From Deltaproteobacteria bacterium (GTDB taxonomy: Bacteria > Myxococcota_A > Polyangia > Polyangiales > Houyiibacteriaceae): a stretch of 64,000 nucleotides of DNA. The DNA lies in assembly GCA_034670305.1 (NCBI GenBank), contig JAXMNT010000020.1, positions 61,993 to 125,992 of the forward strand. Direction: 5' to 3'. Shown here one piece after another: positions 61,994 to 64,000 of the stretch (within the stretch, counting starts at the first letter, position 1; every line of letters starts with the position of its first letter). A program made the translations under genes and the position numbers. The notes under the pieces are model-generated. The model searched no databases. It was given only the letters and a program-made list of their open reading frames with translations, and was not told the DNA's origin.

Positions 61994-62225
61994 GGGTTTG
62001 TGTTGCCCAGAAACCGGTCGCCCAGCCATCGGTGGATTCGTTCTCCGGCAGCGACTGAGACCAGGAGGTAGACGACCCACAGCCACGGGTGCCCCCAGGG
62101 GTCTCGCCAGAGCAGATGCTGGCAGAGGAGTCCTCCGCCGAGCCACAGCCCGACCACGATTGTCCACGACAGGACCATCACCTGTGGATGTTTGGAATCC
62201 TTCAAGTCGACACCCTGCGGAGTAC

Positions 62226-62300
62226 GATATTGCTGGGGGCACAGCCCCCAAACCCCGTCCGTGACACGGCTTGCTCGCTTCGCTCGGCTTCGCCGCGTCG
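62226..62300 (+). repeat. REP-like motif cluster
   Basis: GATATTGCTGGGGGCACAGCCCCCAAACCCCGTCCGTGAC then GCTCGCTTCGCTCG. Confidence 0.6.
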
Positions 62301-62352
62301 GATATTGGCCATCACCGCCGCGCCAGCAGAACAGGGCAACAACTCCTGACGC

Positions 62353-63222
62353 TCAGTCGTGGCCGAGGGGGCCGGCGGCGAGGAGGGCTTCGGTTCTCGT
62401 GCGGTCGAGGTCGATGCCGAACTTGGCGAGCGGCGCGAGGATCTCTTGGCGCACGGCTCTTCGGGCGGCGCGCGCGTAGGCTTCCGCTTCGTTCCAGCCG
62501 AGGCGCTGGATGTGTTCGAGCCGGAAGCCTTCGCTGGTGACTCCGTCCACCGTCTTGCTCTGCAAACGGGTCCAGTGCGGGGCGAAGAGTTCGAGGGTGT
62601 CGAGCGCCACGGTGGCGAGGCGGTCTTTCTCGCCAGCGCTCATCTTCGGTTCGGCCCAGCCGAGGTAGAGGAAACCGAACCGCCCGTGGGGCGCTTCGTC
62701 CTGCACGATGCGCTCGAGCACGCTCTTGGTCAGCGGGTGGCTTGCGTTGCGAAAGCAGCCGGCGAGCATCGGCACGCTGAACGCTTCTCCGACGCAACAC
62801 ACCCGGACCACCAGTTCGTTGGCGCGCTCGAACGGGGTGAGCCCCTCGGTCTCGGGCAGCGTGAGGTTCGTGAAGTCGATCGCGTAGGGCGCGCCGCCGC
62901 CGAGCTCCATCGCGATGCGGCTCGTCAGCTCCACGTGCAGCACTTCGTCCGCCACGAAGTCGCTCGCCATGCCGACCAGATCGACCGGCGCGTTCGTCTT
63001 GAGCAGCGCGCCGATCAGATCCGCGAACGCGGCCGCGGTGCAGTACTCGTTGTAGGCCGCTTCGGTCCACGACACCCGCGCGCGGTCGACGAGCAGCTGC
63101 GGCAGGTCCGCGGTCTCGAGCGTGCCCCAAGGCATCTCCTCGATGCCGGGGCGCACTTTGCGGAAGTGTTTCTCGGAGACGCCGCCGAGCCACTCGAGCT
63201 CGAAGGGAGCGCGCGACGTCAC
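62353..63222 (-). CDS. ferritin-like di-iron protein
   Basis: NEYCT, DEVLH, VGEAF, DEAPH give the E/ExxH/E/ExxH ligand pattern. Confidence 0.85.
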   Translation of the reverse strand: MTSRAPFELEWLGGVSEKHFRKVRPGIEEMPWGTLETADLPQLLVDRARVSWTEAAYNEYCTAAAFADLIGALLKTNAPVDLVGMASDFVADEVLHVELTSRIAMELGGGAPYAIDFTNLTLPETEGLTPFERANELVVRVCCVGEAFSVPMLAGCFRNASHPLTKSVLERIVQDEAPHGRFGFLYLGWAEPKMSAGEKDRLATVALDTLELFAPHWTRLQSKTVDGVTSEGFRLEHIQRLGWNEAEAYARAARRAVRQEILAPLAKFGIDLDRTRTEALLAAGPLGHD

Positions 63223-63232
63223 AGGCGCACCC

Positions 63233-63320
63233 CGCTGGATTCGGTCGCGCTGGGTTCGGTCGCGCTGGGTTCGGTCGCACTGGGTTCGGTCGCGCTGGGT
63301 TCGGTCGCGCTGGGTTCGGT
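63233..63320. repeat. 15-bp tandem repeat, about 6 copies
   Basis: unit CGCTGGGTTCGGTCG. Confidence 0.9.
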
Positions 63321-63337
63321 TGGCACCGAGAGCGGAC

Positions 63338-63799
63338 TCAAGCGTCTTCGTCGGGCGTGTACGAAGGATCGTAGAGCCGCATGTCGTAGAGCGATCCCTT
63401 GGGGTTCGCCGGGAGCGGCAACACCTCCATGGGCGTCGGCTGGATCGGCTCCGGGGGATCGGGCGGGCCGTCGGTCGTCTCCGTGGTGCCCTCTTCGGTC
63501 GCGCCCTCTTCGGCGGTGCCCTCTTCGGCCGTGCCCTCTTCGGTGGTGCCCTCTTCGGTGGTGTCTTCGGTCGTGCCCTCTTGGGCATTCCGGTCGCCAC
63601 CAGGCTCGGTGATCTCTTCGTCGTAGGTCGAGCCCTTGGGGTTCCCCGGCGGAGGCAGCAGTTCTTCGCCACCACCCACCGCACTCCCGCATCCGACCAG
63701 CATGGACCCGGCCGTCAGCGCGGCGGACTTCAGAAGCAAACGGGCGCGGGCTCGCGGCGGAGATTCAGGCGCGTCGGTGTCGGTGGGATCGTCGGACAT
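63338..63799 (-). CDS. small acidic lipoprotein with two NPKGSxYD motifs
   Basis: LVGC lipobox; PGNPKGSTYD and PANPKGSLYD separated by EEGTT-type repeats. Confidence 0.75.
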   Translation of the reverse strand: MSDDPTDTDAPESPPRARARLLLKSAALTAGSMLVGCGSAVGGGEELLPPPGNPKGSTYDEEITEPGGDRNAQEGTTEDTTEEGTTEEGTAEEGTAEEGATEEGTTETTDGPPDPPEPIQPTPMEVLPLPANPKGSLYDMRLYDPSYTPDEDA

Positions 63800-63874
63800 G
63801 GCCCGGAGTATGCCACCAAACCTGCCGGTGCTGCGCAACCGGAGCGGAAGCCAGCGGCAGAAGCAGAGTCAGAA

Positions 63875-64000
63875 CTAGCAGGTTGCTGAAGAACGCCCGC
63901 AGGGCGTTCTCGCAGCCTGCCCCTTGCCCCTGCCCTTGCCTTTGCCCTTGCCCGCGGATCAGCGGTCAGATCGCTTGATCAGCGCGACGAGCATCGCGAC
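63875..64000 (-). repeat. dispersed repeat, copy B (runs off the window)
   Basis: reverse complement of 32551-32676; encodes ...VAMLVALIKRSDR* with stop at 63959. Confidence 0.95.

Overview
High-GC bacterial chromosomal segment. MYXO-CTERM-like sorting tails, a TonB-C-fused receptor and Cys-rich CDGxDNDCDG repeat proteins point to Myxococcota (inference). Main contents: topA; a divalent-metal locus (His-rich RAPP leader ORF, TonB-dependent receptor, two lipoproteins, Fur, permease, SmtB/ArsR, His/Cys-rich protein); an orphan DNA methylase; corA; a HupE/UreJ-PPIase pair; a nine-gene fatty-acyl-reductase/ACP lipid cluster with a duplicated palindromic operator; lolA; a 1687-aa surface protein with an internal sorting signal followed by a candidate -1 frameshift cassette; gltA; a PLP lyase; a propeller-VIT-VWA protein pair; and a ferritin-like enzyme next to a repeat-motif lipoprotein. 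Intergenic DNA carries hexamer arrays and a family of G-tract/hairpin elements ending in CCTGCTAG. I recognised no rRNA, tRNA, CRISPR array, transposase or reverse transcriptase. All calls are by eye from motifs, with no database searches. Several start codons are estimates.
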